Of a DNA stretch of 45,018 bases, positions 1 to 9,093 are shown piece after piece; the first letter of the stretch is position 1, and every line of letters starts with the position of its first letter. The translations under genes were made by a program, and so were the position numbers. Source of the stretch: an uncultured bacterium (GTDB lineage Bacteria; Hydrogenedentota; Hydrogenedentia; Hydrogenedentales; CAITNO01); contig CALDSM010000714.1 in assembly GCA_937923585.1 (NCBI GenBank), forward strand, positions 1 to 45,018, given 5' to 3'. Below the pieces are notes generated by a model. It worked only from the letters and a program-made list of their open reading frames with translations. It had not been told where the DNA came from and made no database searches.

Positions 1-1042
1 CGATGAAGACAGCGTCGTATGCCTCGCGGATGTCGTCCACGGGAATGTCAACGCCCACATCCATGCCCGGCCTGAACTCAACGCCCATCTTGCGCATGCC
101 GGAAAGGTCTCTTTCGAGGATGTCCTGCGACAGCCGGTAGTCCGGAATGCCCACGGACAGCATGCCGCCAATGACGGGCAGCGACTCGAACACCGTGACC
201 TTGTGGCCGGACAGCGCCAGAAAATGGGCCGCAGAGAGGCCGGCCGGGCCCGACCCGACAATCGCGACCGACTTGCCGGACGGCTGAATGTCGGCGGGCG
301 GCGTGAATTCGGGAAACAGGTCCATGGCGAAGCGCTTGAGGCCGCGGATGTTGACCGCCTCGTCCACGGCGCCGCGGTTGCACTTCAGCTCGCAGGGGTG
401 GAAGCACACGCGTCCGCAAATGGAGGGCAGCGGATTCTCGCGGTGGATGACCTCGGCGGCCTCCTCGAAGCGGCCCGCGGCGATCAACGCGACGTAGGCC
501 TGCACGCTCGAATCAATGGGGCAGCCGGAACTGCACACCGCGCGCCCCCGCTTGAGAATGACGTTCGCGTTGGGCGCAGCCTGCGCGTACACGCGGTCAA
601 TCGCCTTGCGCGTGCCGATCTGCGCGTCAAACTGGCTCTGCACGGTGACGGGGCACACCGCCGTGCAGTCGCCGCACATGGTGCACTTGTCAATGTCAAT
701 GTAGCGCGGGCGCTGGAGCACCGTGGCCCTGAAATGCCCGGGCTCGCCCTCAAGATTGACCACGTCGCTCATGGTGAGCACGTCAATGTTGGGGTCGCGC
801 ATGCACTCGACCAGTTTGGGCGAGATAATGCAGGTGGCACAATCGCCCGTCGGGAAGGTCTTGTCCAGGCGCGACATGCCGCCGCCCACGGCGGCCTTGT
901 CTTCCACGAGGTAGACGTGGAATCCCGCCGCAGACAAATCAAGCGAGGCCTGAATGCCGGCCACGCCGGCACCGCAGACAAGAACGGAACCGCTGGGCTT
1001 TCCGTTTCCGGCTGCGCTGGCGGGGAGTGAGGATGTTTCCAT
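1..1042 (-). CDS. HdrA-like flavoprotein fused to a GltD/NfnB-like NAD(P)H module (HdrL-type); 3' end cut by the window edge
   Basis: Absent from the ORF track because there is no stop inside the window. Manual minus-strand translation from the ATG at 1042-1040 gives METSSLPASAAGNGKPSGSVLVCGAGVAGIQASLDLSAAGFHVYLVEDKAAVGGGMSRLDKTFPTGDCATCIISPKL..., an HdrA-type FAD fold. It continues with CTMCGDCTAVCP, then ..ENPLPSICGRVCFHPCELKCNRG.. and ..VAIVGSGPAGLSAAHFLA.., which are GltD-type. The start lies 3 nt after the hdrB stop. Confidence 0.8.
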   Translation of the reverse strand, partial: METSSLPASAAGNGKPSGSVLVCGAGVAGIQASLDLSAAGFHVYLVEDKAAVGGGMSRLDKTFPTGDCATCIISPKLVECMRDPNIDVLTMSDVVNLEGEPGHFRATVLQRPRYIDIDKCTMCGDCTAVCPVTVQSQFDAQIGTRKAIDRVYAQAAPNANVILKRGRAVCSSGCPIDSSVQAYVALIAAGRFEEAAEVIHRENPLPSICGRVCFHPCELKCNRGAVDEAVNIRGLKRFAMDLFPEFTPPADIQPSGKSVAIVGSGPAGLSAAHFLALSGHKVTVFESLPVIGGMLSVGIPDYRLSQDILERDLSGMRKMGVEFRPGMDVGVDIPVDDIREAYDAVFI

Positions 1043-1044
1043 GG

Positions 1045-1941
1045 TCATGCCCTTCCACCGGAAGTGCCCGACATTGCGGCGCTCTTGCGGACCAGGGCGT
1101 CCGCGGCCACCGTCAGGGCGTCAAGTCCAAGTTCGGCGGGTTTTAGGCCCAAGGCCAACCCGAGGAACTGGGTGATGTAGACAACGGGAATGTCGGGAAT
1201 CGCGCACCGGCCCCGCTTGGTTTCCGCTTGGCGAAAGTCCAGGTTCAACTGGCACAAGGGGCACGCCACCACAAGGCAGTCGGGGCCCGCGCGCTGGGCC
1301 ATGGACAGAATCCGGAAGCCCAGGCGGCTCACAATGTCGGTCTTGCTGATGGAAAGGCTCGCTCCGCAGCACTCGGTCTTGTACGGCCAGTCCACCGGCT
1401 CGGCGCCCGCGGCCTTCACCAGGTCGTCCATGCAGGTCGGATGTTCGGCGTCGTCGAATGCCACCACCTCCGGCGGACGCGTCAGCAGGCACCCGTAGTA
1501 GGATGCGACCCGCAGGCCCTTGAAGGACGAACGGACCCGCTTTCGCACCTCACGCGTGCCGTAGTCGTTGACCAGCACGTCGAGGATGTGGCGGACCTTC
1601 ACCGAGCCGTCGTAAGGCTTTTCGGTGACGCGCTCCGCGCGCGCCTTCTCGGCTTCATCCTGGTTGACCTTGTGGTTGGCCGTCCGCAGCCGCGCATAGC
1701 ATGATGCGCAGGCCGTCAGCACCTCGGAGTAGCCTGCGGCCTGGGCCTTCTGGAGGTTCATGACGGGGAGCGCCACCGACAGCGAGGCGTTGCTGGAATG
1801 GGCCGGGGTGGACCCGCAGCACACCCAGTCGGGAATCTCTGCCAGCTCGATGCCCAGGGCGGCGCACAGGGTGCGGGTGGACTTGTCAAAGTCCCATGCC
1901 GTGGACTCGAGGCTGCATCCGGGAAAGAATGCGTACTTCAC
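1045..1941 (-). CDS. hdrB: heterodisulfide reductase subunit B-like (two CCG domains)
   Basis: 298 aa with two CCG-type cysteine motifs: FFPGC..WVCCGS..CASC and YYGC..ECCGAS..CPLC. The GTG start overlaps the hdrC stop (GTGA). Confidence 0.85.
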   Translation of the reverse strand: MKYAFFPGCSLESTAWDFDKSTRTLCAALGIELAEIPDWVCCGSTPAHSSNASLSVALPVMNLQKAQAAGYSEVLTACASCYARLRTANHKVNQDEAEKARAERVTEKPYDGSVKVRHILDVLVNDYGTREVRKRVRSSFKGLRVASYYGCLLTRPPEVVAFDDAEHPTCMDDLVKAAGAEPVDWPYKTECCGASLSISKTDIVSRLGFRILSMAQRAGPDCLVVACPLCQLNLDFRQAETKRGRCAIPDIPVVYITQFLGLALGLKPAELGLDALTVAADALVRKSAAMSGTSGGRA

Positions 1942-2498
1942 CGTTTCTTTTCCTCCTGTTCAGCCCGCTTGAAGACCCGGCGCACGGCCTTGCCGTCGGC
2001 GGAGAAGTGGGGCCGGAAGGACAGCTTGCGTTTTGCCAGCATCCGGGGCACCTTGTCCATGTCCGCGAGTAAGTCGCGGCTGGCGATCTTGTAAAGCGTC
2101 ATCATGCCGGCCTCAAACACCCGGCCGTGCCAGCGCACGCTGGTCAGGAAGGCCCGGTTGAAGCTTCTGCCGCGCCGGTCGGTGACGGCAGCCCTGCGCT
2201 CGACGGCCATCATGCGCAGCACGTCCATGACGGCGGCGATGTCTATGCCCATGGGACAGCGCGTGGTGCACGCCTCGCAGGAGGCGCAGGCCCAGATGGC
2301 CTGGGATTCGAGCAGCTCCTTTTCCGAACCCAGATGGATGAGCCGCATGATCTGGCTCGACAGGAGATCCATGTCGGGCCCCACGGGACACCCCACCGAG
2401 CACTTGTGGCATTGCAGGCACGCGCTTACGGGGGAGCCGCTGCGGCGCTCCACCTCTTTCAGCAGCGCGGTGCCGGTCCATTCAAGCGAGTTGTTCAT
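1938..2498 (-). CDS. hdrC: heterodisulfide reductase subunit C-like (2x[4Fe-4S])
   Basis: 186 aa with ferredoxin motifs CLQCHKCSVGCP and CASCEACTTRCP. It starts 6 nt after the upstream gene's stop. Confidence 0.85.
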   Translation of the reverse strand: MNNSLEWTGTALLKEVERRSGSPVSACLQCHKCSVGCPVGPDMDLLSSQIMRLIHLGSEKELLESQAIWACASCEACTTRCPMGIDIAAVMDVLRMMAVERRAAVTDRRGRSFNRAFLTSVRWHGRVFEAGMMTLYKIASRDLLADMDKVPRMLAKRKLSFRPHFSADGKAVRRVFKRAEQEEKKR

Positions 2499-2503
2499 GG
2501 CGA

Positions 2504-5140
2504 TTATTCACCCACCTCTTCGGTTTCTTCCTTCTTGGCCTTTTTGATCGGAACCACCTTCTGGTACACCTGCTCCGGCGACTTGAGGATGCCGTTGACG
2601 GTGAGAAGGTCCCGTTCAATCCGGATGCCGAACAGCCGCTCGTTCTCGCGCAGATAGGGCAGGATCAACTGCCAGTCGTCCGCGGTGAGCGCCGTGTACA
2701 TTGCGCCGTTCAACTGCTCGCTGACCAGCGTGCGGTGCGGGTCGCGCACGTAGATGGCGCCGCCCGAGGCCAACGAAAGCAGGTTGCCGCCGGGATAGGG
2801 CATGTCGAGCGGAATCACGCAGCCGTCTTTGTCGAAGCGGATGCCGTTCACAATCACGAAGCCGCCCCCGTCGAGGGGATCGCCCGCCATGAACGACTCG
2901 GCCATGAAGTCCAGCGCGGTGCCGTTGATGACCACGCGGGGCTTGCCCACCGCGTTGATCAGCGGGCGGCCCGCCGTGTTGCCCATGACGTAAATCGTGC
3001 CGCCCTTCGCGCCGTAGAGGAAGGTCTGGCCGGCGTCGCCGTAGATGACCAGCTTGCCGCGCTTGGTAATCTGGCCGACCTGGTCCTGGGCGTTGCAGTG
3101 GACGTAGGCCTCAAGGCCGTCCATGCCGGAGCCGAGGTAGTCGCCCGGATTGTCGTAACAGTCCACGCGCAGGCTGTCCGTCTTCGGGCCGAATCCGGCC
3201 GCGTGGAAACGCGTGCCGCGCGAGTTGTAGTGGATGAGGTGGCGCCAGCCCAGGTTGTACGCGTCCACCGCGAGGCGGCCGTCACAGTCGTCGCCCTGCG
3301 GCTCGAAACCCCGCGCGTCAATGAGCAGCGCCTTTTCCTCGCCTTTGGGGCCGCGAAGTGCGGAGCGTGTGTCCCGCGTGATGCGCCTGTAGACGCTTTC
3401 ATGCGCGTCGCCGAACAGCGGCTGTTTCGAGAAGATCTCCTCGAGGCCGCGCCGGAGAATCGTGATCACGGCACTGCGCTTCTTCGCACCCGTCGGATAG
3501 CGGTAGTCGGTCAGCCGCGTCAGCACGTCAACGCCCAACTGCGGCATGCGCACTGCTGTCTTCGACGCCACCTCCGACACCGCGTTGCGGAGCCGGTCGA
3601 AATCCATGTCGGCCATGGCGTCGCGCAGGTACAGGTACAGCGCGTCCGCGTCGTTGTCCCGCAGGGCCTTCTCCACCGCCGCCGCGTCGCGGTCGTCCGG
3701 CGTGGTGACCGACACCGGCACGGACAGGTCGCAGTGGAACTGGTCACGCGGCGTGGACACCGGTACGCCGAACTTGTCCGTAGCGAACAGGTTGTAATGG
3801 CCGTTAGTGGGGTCAGGCATGATGTTGAAGAGGAACGCGCCGCCGTCGTTGTAACTGCCCCCGCGGGCATTCCAGTACTGGTCGGCCACGGGCATGAAAC
3901 GCGGGTCCTCGCTGCTCAGGCCGGCCAGCGTCGCGTCAATGGCCTGCTTTTCGGAGCAGATGAGGGCGATGGACGCGTCCCTGCCCTCCTGCAGCGCGAA
4001 CACCTGCGGACGCAGCATGGCCGTGTCCGTGATGCCGAGCAACTGGAAGCCCTTTTTTTGGGCGAGCGTGCGCGCGATGATGAAGAACCACGGGCCGTCG
4101 GGCGATCCGTGAATGTGCGATGCCTGTATCTGGCGGTAGATGCGCTGGCGCTCCGCCGGAAGGCGGTCAAAGTCGAGTTCCGTGGTCGGCGCGAGCGCCT
4201 CGATGATGTACTCCACCGGGTACTTGTACACGCGGTGCATCAGGTCGAAGAGCATCACCGACACCTCGGTGTCCGTCAGAAAGCGCGGGAACAGGCTGCG
4301 CTGCGCCAGGTACTCGCACACGGAGTGGTAGTTGGCAAAGTCGCCGTTGTGTACCAGCGCCTCGTGCATGCCGATGAACGGGTGCGCGCCGCCCGGGTGC
4401 CAGACGCGGCCACGGGTGGGATAGCGCTGGTGCGCGATCCACACATGCGCCTTCACGTCCTCCAGCTTGTAGTACTGGACGGAGGCCTCGGCGAAGCCGA
4501 CGATCTTGATGATGATAAGGTTGCGCGCGTGCGACATGACGAAGGCGCGCTTGTCGCCCAGCGACGCATAGAATTCGTCGTTGAGGTTGGAGGAATTCTG
4601 GAAGACGAACTCGTCCTCGATCTCCTCCTCGGTCAGCGCCTTGAGCCCCTTTTCCTCGGCAAAGCGCTCCAGCACGTCCTTCTTGACGCGCACGAAATAC
4701 CGGGCCACGTCGGGCGGCTTGATCTCAAGCAGCGGCACGTCGCGGTAGTCGTCCACCGTGGGGATAACCCCGCCCTGATAGATCTCGAAGAAGGGCTCGA
4801 TGTACTTCTTCTCGACGGCTTCGCGGGCGGTGGGGTCGAGCAGGGCGATCTGGAGGATGTAGGCCTCGTCGAGCACTTCGCGCGACACGCCCATGTCCTT
4901 CGGGACCAGGCCGCAGGCGGCGATGCCGCCGCCCTTGCCGTTGCCCCGGTTGCGCATCTGAATCGAGGGCTCGTAGATGTGTCTTCCGCCCACGGGAACC
5001 GTGCATGCGAAGCCGGTCACGCCGCATCCGCCCTCCGCCTCGGGCGACTTGACGATCTGGTCGCCTGCGGGGCGCATGTGCGCGCGGGCGCGCATCAGGG
5101 CTTCCACCCGTTGAATGGCCGCGGTATGGACGTCATTCAT
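2504..5140 (-). CDS. glutamate-synthase-like fusion: class-II glutamine amidotransferase (GltB domain 1) + GXGXG domain (GltB domain 3)
   Basis: 878 aa. The N-terminus has an Ntn-amidotransferase pattern (..GGCGVTGF..MRNRGNGKGGGIAACGL..) with the Cys behind a presumed propeptide. The C-terminus has GXGXG beta-helix repeats (KLVIYGDAGQTFLYGAKGGTIYVMGNTAGRPLINAVG..INGTALDF). No FMN domain lies between them. Confidence 0.75.
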   Translation of the reverse strand: MNDVHTAAIQRVEALMRARAHMRPAGDQIVKSPEAEGGCGVTGFACTVPVGGRHIYEPSIQMRNRGNGKGGGIAACGLVPKDMGVSREVLDEAYILQIALLDPTAREAVEKKYIEPFFEIYQGGVIPTVDDYRDVPLLEIKPPDVARYFVRVKKDVLERFAEEKGLKALTEEEIEDEFVFQNSSNLNDEFYASLGDKRAFVMSHARNLIIIKIVGFAEASVQYYKLEDVKAHVWIAHQRYPTRGRVWHPGGAHPFIGMHEALVHNGDFANYHSVCEYLAQRSLFPRFLTDTEVSVMLFDLMHRVYKYPVEYIIEALAPTTELDFDRLPAERQRIYRQIQASHIHGSPDGPWFFIIARTLAQKKGFQLLGITDTAMLRPQVFALQEGRDASIALICSEKQAIDATLAGLSSEDPRFMPVADQYWNARGGSYNDGGAFLFNIMPDPTNGHYNLFATDKFGVPVSTPRDQFHCDLSVPVSVTTPDDRDAAAVEKALRDNDADALYLYLRDAMADMDFDRLRNAVSEVASKTAVRMPQLGVDVLTRLTDYRYPTGAKKRSAVITILRRGLEEIFSKQPLFGDAHESVYRRITRDTRSALRGPKGEEKALLIDARGFEPQGDDCDGRLAVDAYNLGWRHLIHYNSRGTRFHAAGFGPKTDSLRVDCYDNPGDYLGSGMDGLEAYVHCNAQDQVGQITKRGKLVIYGDAGQTFLYGAKGGTIYVMGNTAGRPLINAVGKPRVVINGTALDFMAESFMAGDPLDGGGFVIVNGIRFDKDGCVIPLDMPYPGGNLLSLASGGAIYVRDPHRTLVSEQLNGAMYTALTADDWQLILPYLRENERLFGIRIERDLLTVNGILKSPEQVYQKVVPIKKAKKEETEEVGE

Positions 5141-5154
5141 GGTTCGTGTTGTCC

Positions 5155-6702
5155 TCAGGTTTCACTCTCGTAATCGAGATGGGTCATCAGGTCGGTGCGT
5201 CCGCGCAGGGCAGCCACGGAGTCCAGGCCCAGCCGGTAAAGAATGTCCACCAGCATTTCCCGCCAGGCGGTGTACAGGTTCACCAGCCGCTGCGTGCACC
5301 AGTCAACGGTGATCATTTCGAGCAACCCGGAGTCTGTGGTGCAGATGCCGCGCGGGCAGCCGCGCCCGCTTTCGCAGCAGCCGCAGCGGATGCATTCCAG
5401 CGCCACGAGCTCCGCCGTGCCGATGACCACGCCGTCGGCGCCGAGCGCGATGGCCTTGGCCACGTCGAAGGGGGTGCGGATGCCGCCGCTGGCGATGAGT
5501 GTGATCTCGTCGCGGACACCCTCGTCGGAAAGGAAGCGGTGGCAGGCGTTGATGCCGTACTCAATCGGCATGGCGATGTTCTTCTTGGCGATGTTCGGGG
5601 CCGCGCCCGTCCCGCCGTAGCTGCCGTCGGTGTGTACAATGTGCGCGCCGGCGCAGTACACCCCCACGGCCACCATGTCCACGTCGCCGGGGGTCGAAAC
5701 CTTGGCGGAGAGGAGCGCGCGCGGGTTGATGTGGGCGATCCAGTCCAGGTGCTTCTTGTGGTCCTCGATCGAGTACACGCTGTGGAACGGGAACGGCGAG
5801 AACAGCGAGGTGCCAACCATGGCCTCGCGCATGGCGGCCACTTCGGGCGTGTTCTTGTCGCCCAGCAGGTGGCCGCCGAGACCGGGCTTGGCGCCCTGGG
5901 CATACTTGAACTCGACGATGCGGGCCCGCGCGATGGTCTCCTCGCGCACGCCGAACAGCCCCGTGGCCACCTGGGTAATCATGTGGTCCGCATAGGGGAT
6001 CATGCGTTCGGGGTAACCGCCCTCGCCGGTGCAGCTGAACGAGTTCCACGCCTTGGCGACGCGCGCCTTGGCCAGCAGGGCACGGATGTTGGTCGAGCCA
6101 AACGACATGCCGCCGCCGTACCAGGGCACGTCAATCTTGACCTTCGGGCGGTTGTCGTTGCGGCGGTTCAGGAGCAGTTCGGTGCAGATGTCCTCGCGTC
6201 GCAGGTCCTTCGGGGTCGTTTCGGGATAGACGAAACGGAGCTTGTCGAATCCGCCGCCGGAGCCGCCCACTTCGCACTCCAGGTGCGCGGGAGGACGCTG
6301 GCCGGTCTCGGCCATCGCCCAGGTGCTCGCAAGGAGGTCCGGAGTCCACCGGCAGTCGCCCATGGTCGCGAACGCGGGGTTCTCGGAAAGGGACAGCGCG
6401 CCGGACGGGCACGCCGATATGCAGTAGTGGTCCGTCTTCTGGCAGTCGAGCCCGATGCAGCGGTAGTCGAAGGGACGCATCGGGAGCTTGTAGCCGGCGG
6501 GGCGCTTGTGAACGCCGTAGGGGCACAGGCTCACGCACTTGCCGCAGGCGGTACACTGGGAGTCGCGGTGGACGCGGAACTTGCCCAGTTCGTTGCGGTA
6601 GCGCGGCGGCGCGGGATGCACCTCACGGCGCACTTCCGCGTGGTGCGGGTTGGCCAGGAAGTCCTCCGCCGATTCCGGCGGGGCGGGCGTAATCGTGCTC
6701 AT
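5155..6702 (-). CDS. ferredoxin-domain + glutamate synthase FMN (GltB domain 2) subunit
   Basis: 515 aa with CTACGKCVSLCP and CQKTDHYCISACP motifs. The canonical GltS TIM-barrel signatures follow: KYAQGAKPGLGGHL, TDGSYGGTGAAP, ASGGIRTPFDVAKAIALGADGV and CIRCGCCESGRGCPRGICT. Confidence 0.8.
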   Translation of the reverse strand: MSTITPAPPESAEDFLANPHHAEVRREVHPAPPRYRNELGKFRVHRDSQCTACGKCVSLCPYGVHKRPAGYKLPMRPFDYRCIGLDCQKTDHYCISACPSGALSLSENPAFATMGDCRWTPDLLASTWAMAETGQRPPAHLECEVGGSGGGFDKLRFVYPETTPKDLRREDICTELLLNRRNDNRPKVKIDVPWYGGGMSFGSTNIRALLAKARVAKAWNSFSCTGEGGYPERMIPYADHMITQVATGLFGVREETIARARIVEFKYAQGAKPGLGGHLLGDKNTPEVAAMREAMVGTSLFSPFPFHSVYSIEDHKKHLDWIAHINPRALLSAKVSTPGDVDMVAVGVYCAGAHIVHTDGSYGGTGAAPNIAKKNIAMPIEYGINACHRFLSDEGVRDEITLIASGGIRTPFDVAKAIALGADGVVIGTAELVALECIRCGCCESGRGCPRGICTTDSGLLEMITVDWCTQRLVNLYTAWREMLVDILYRLGLDSVAALRGRTDLMTHLDYESET

Positions 6703-6708
6703 TCGCGT

Positions 6709-8094
6709 CTATACTCCCTCTTTGCGCCTGCCGAACAGGCGGCCGAAGGTCGCGGCTTCCAGGTCTTCAAAGAACATGGCGCGGCCCGTCTCGCCGCGCA
6801 GGCGGCGCACCTCGCGGATGCCCATCGCGCCGAGCATTTCAAGCAGCTGGTTGATCCACGCGCCCATCATGTTCACGATGCGCTGCGTGCCGTAGGACTC
6901 CTCGAAATCCTCCAGGCGCACCGGGCACATCTCGCCGTCGGCGCACTCGCCGCAGAGGCGGCATTCAAGCGCAATCATCAGCGGCAGGTCTATGGCCACA
7001 AGGTCCGCGCCGCAGATGATGGCCTTGGCCACGTGCTCGGCCTGCGCGATGCCGCCCGACGCAACCAGCGTCACCATGTCGCGCACGCCCTCTTTCACGA
7101 GCGCGCGGTGGATTTCCCGCAGGCAGTCCTTCATGTGGCGCGAGCCCGTCTCGGCGAATTCGCGCCCGTGCGGGTCAAACACCAGGTGGACCACTTCAGC
7201 GCCGTCCTTGGTCAACTGGCACACCTGCTTCGCGGCATCCGGCGTCACTTCGAGACGGATGGACACGAGGCGGTTCGGATTCTCTCCCTTGACACGAGTC
7301 TGGATCTCAATAACGTTCTCGCTGTAGGGCACCATAATCATCGGGGCCGCGGTCCGGCCAACGGCGTTCCCTTCGTACAGCGGGATGGCATAGCCGCCGT
7401 CGGGCGACACCCCTTCCGGCATGTTGTCGGCGTCCATCACGAACAGCGTGCCCAGGGTCGCCGCCGCCTTGGCAATGGCGCGGGTCACCGCGCCGCGCTG
7501 GAACCGCGCGGGAACGGCGTCAAAGATGATCGGTATGGGGATTTCCATCAGCGGCGACGGCGTGAACGCCATCTGCCCGTTGGTGAACGAGAGATTGCGC
7601 AGCTTGCGGCCGATGTCCACGCTGGTGCTGATGTATTCGCGGCCGTGAATGCCGTCGCGCGTGGGCCGCACGATTTCCGACATGTCGGTCCACATCGAGT
7701 CGAAGTCGGGGCCGGAGAAGGGGCCGCCGTATCCGGCGCCCGACACGGGTATGCCGCCCGTCTCGGCCTGATACCAGTTCGACATGATAATGTCGGGCGT
7801 ATAGTAGGCATCGCCGAGGCGCTGGTATTCCGGGTTCTCGATGCGCGTCAGGATGCCCTTGGTGCAGTTCTGCACGCAGAGCAGGCAACCCTTGCACTGG
7901 TATATGTAGTCGAGGTAGCCGAGTTCGTCGTGCAGCGCGTCGGCTTCCTTGCGGTAGAACCCGTACACGCAGGCACGTTTGACGCAGTTGTGGCAGCTTG
8001 AGCAGTCCTCGCGCCAGTCCACAATGCCGAGCTTGCCCACGGGCCGCTGGTGGGGCGGCGCGGGCTTCGTGTGAATGTGATATTTGGCGGGCAC
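6709..8094 (-). CDS. divergent paralogue of the ferredoxin + GltB-domain-2 subunit
   Basis: 461 aa with CSSCHNCVKRAC and CKGCLLCVQNC motifs. The C-terminal half resembles its neighbour (ASGGIAQAEHVAKAIICGADLVAI, ECRLCGECADGEMCP), but I cannot find QGAKPG or GGTGA equivalents. The GTG start lies 2 nt after the metF stop. Confidence 0.7.
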   Translation of the reverse strand: MPAKYHIHTKPAPPHQRPVGKLGIVDWREDCSSCHNCVKRACVYGFYRKEADALHDELGYLDYIYQCKGCLLCVQNCTKGILTRIENPEYQRLGDAYYTPDIIMSNWYQAETGGIPVSGAGYGGPFSGPDFDSMWTDMSEIVRPTRDGIHGREYISTSVDIGRKLRNLSFTNGQMAFTPSPLMEIPIPIIFDAVPARFQRGAVTRAIAKAAATLGTLFVMDADNMPEGVSPDGGYAIPLYEGNAVGRTAAPMIMVPYSENVIEIQTRVKGENPNRLVSIRLEVTPDAAKQVCQLTKDGAEVVHLVFDPHGREFAETGSRHMKDCLREIHRALVKEGVRDMVTLVASGGIAQAEHVAKAIICGADLVAIDLPLMIALECRLCGECADGEMCPVRLEDFEESYGTQRIVNMMGAWINQLLEMLGAMGIREVRRLRGETGRAMFFEDLEAATFGRLFGRRKEGV

Positions 8095-8096
8095 GG

Positions 8097-8984
8097 CTAA
8101 CGGGCCTCCAATCCTGACTTTTGAATGATCTCAAGGACGGCGTCTTCGTCGCCGTCGGCGTAAATCTCAAAACCGCGCAGCCCCTTTAGCGCGGAAAGCT
8201 GCTTGATCGTCTCCACCGCCATGTCAATGCCGACGGCGCGCTGCGCGGTCTTGTCACCCGCGGCGGCAAGGCGGTCGAGCATGGCCTGCGCCACCGACGG
8301 CACCGGCTTGGCCGCGGCGAAGGCTTTGGCCTCCTCCGCGTCGAGCAGCGGCTGGATGCCGGCCAGCACCGCCGTTTTCTCCGGAAGCCCGCGCAGCGCG
8401 GCAGCTTCCCACCACGCCTTGAAGCGCGCCACGTCGAAGACCGGCTGCGTGATCAGGAACTGCGCACCCGCCGAGGCCTTCTTCGCCGTCTTGATGAGCT
8501 GCATTTCCTGCGGGTCCGCAAAGGGAGACGCCGTTCCGCCGACGCAGACTTTCGCGGCGGCATCGTCGTCCTGCTTCGCCAACGCGGCGATCAACTGCAC
8601 CGAGTCAATGTCGTACACGTTCTTGGCCTGCGGGCAGACGCCCAGCGTCTGGTGCGTGCCGCTGGTGCACAGGATGTTGCGGATGCCCAGCGCCTGCGCG
8701 CCCAGGCAGCTTGCCAGCAGCGCCGCGCGGTTGCGGTCGCGCGTGACCAGGTGCATGATCGGCTCGACACCCTCCGCCGCCACCAGCGCCGCGGCGGCCA
8801 GCGACGACATGGACACGCCGTGCCGGTTGTCGCCCACCCCCAGTGCGTGGACTTTGCCCGCGAACTTCTTCGCGGTCGCCCGCACCGGCGCGGGATCGCC
8901 GCTTTTCGGCGTGGTAATCTCGACCACCAGGAGCGGTCCGCCCGAGCCTATCTTTGCCTGGAACCTGCTTTCACTTTCAGTCAT
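8097..8984 (-). CDS. metF: methylenetetrahydrofolate reductase (MetF family)
   Basis: 295 aa with MTHFR-like blocks (..VEPIMHLVTRDRNR.., ..NILCTSGTH.., ..AQFLITQPVFD..). ATG at 8984-8982. Confidence 0.8.
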   Translation of the reverse strand: MTESESRFQAKIGSGGPLLVVEITTPKSGDPAPVRATAKKFAGKVHALGVGDNRHGVSMSSLAAAALVAAEGVEPIMHLVTRDRNRAALLASCLGAQALGIRNILCTSGTHQTLGVCPQAKNVYDIDSVQLIAALAKQDDDAAAKVCVGGTASPFADPQEMQLIKTAKKASAGAQFLITQPVFDVARFKAWWEAAALRGLPEKTAVLAGIQPLLDAEEAKAFAAAKPVPSVAQAMLDRLAAAGDKTAQRAVGIDMAVETIKQLSALKGLRGFEIYADGDEDAVLEIIQKSGLEAR

Positions 8985-9093
8985 GGCCTTCTACCTTTGC
9001 AGTGTTTCCGTATGAGCGCCGCGCATCATCAAAGACGCACCGGCTTCGTCTTTCTATCTCCGTCCTGCTACAACCAATCTTGATTCTTTGTTC

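Noticed and set aside
203-1030. 275-aa plus-strand ORF listed in the track at the left edge
   Set aside because: It is antisense to a clean HdrA/GltD-like frame that I translated by hand. Its composition is Ala/Gly/Arg/His-rich with no motif. This is a typical shadow ORF of high-G+C DNA.
2735-8001. Very long plus-strand ORFs (812 aa at 2735-5173; 951 aa at 5146-8001) opposite the glutamate-synthase-like genes
   Set aside because: Both lie antisense to proteins with strong family signatures. They are extremely rich in Arg/Ala/Gly/His/Val, and one spans two real genes and their junction. The same reasoning rejects 11039-13048(+), 16086-17774(+), 20498-21763(+), 23169-24104(-), 24343-25350(-), 27303-28580(-), 29178-31166(-), 31729-33726(+), 35883-37160(+) and 39626-40465(-).
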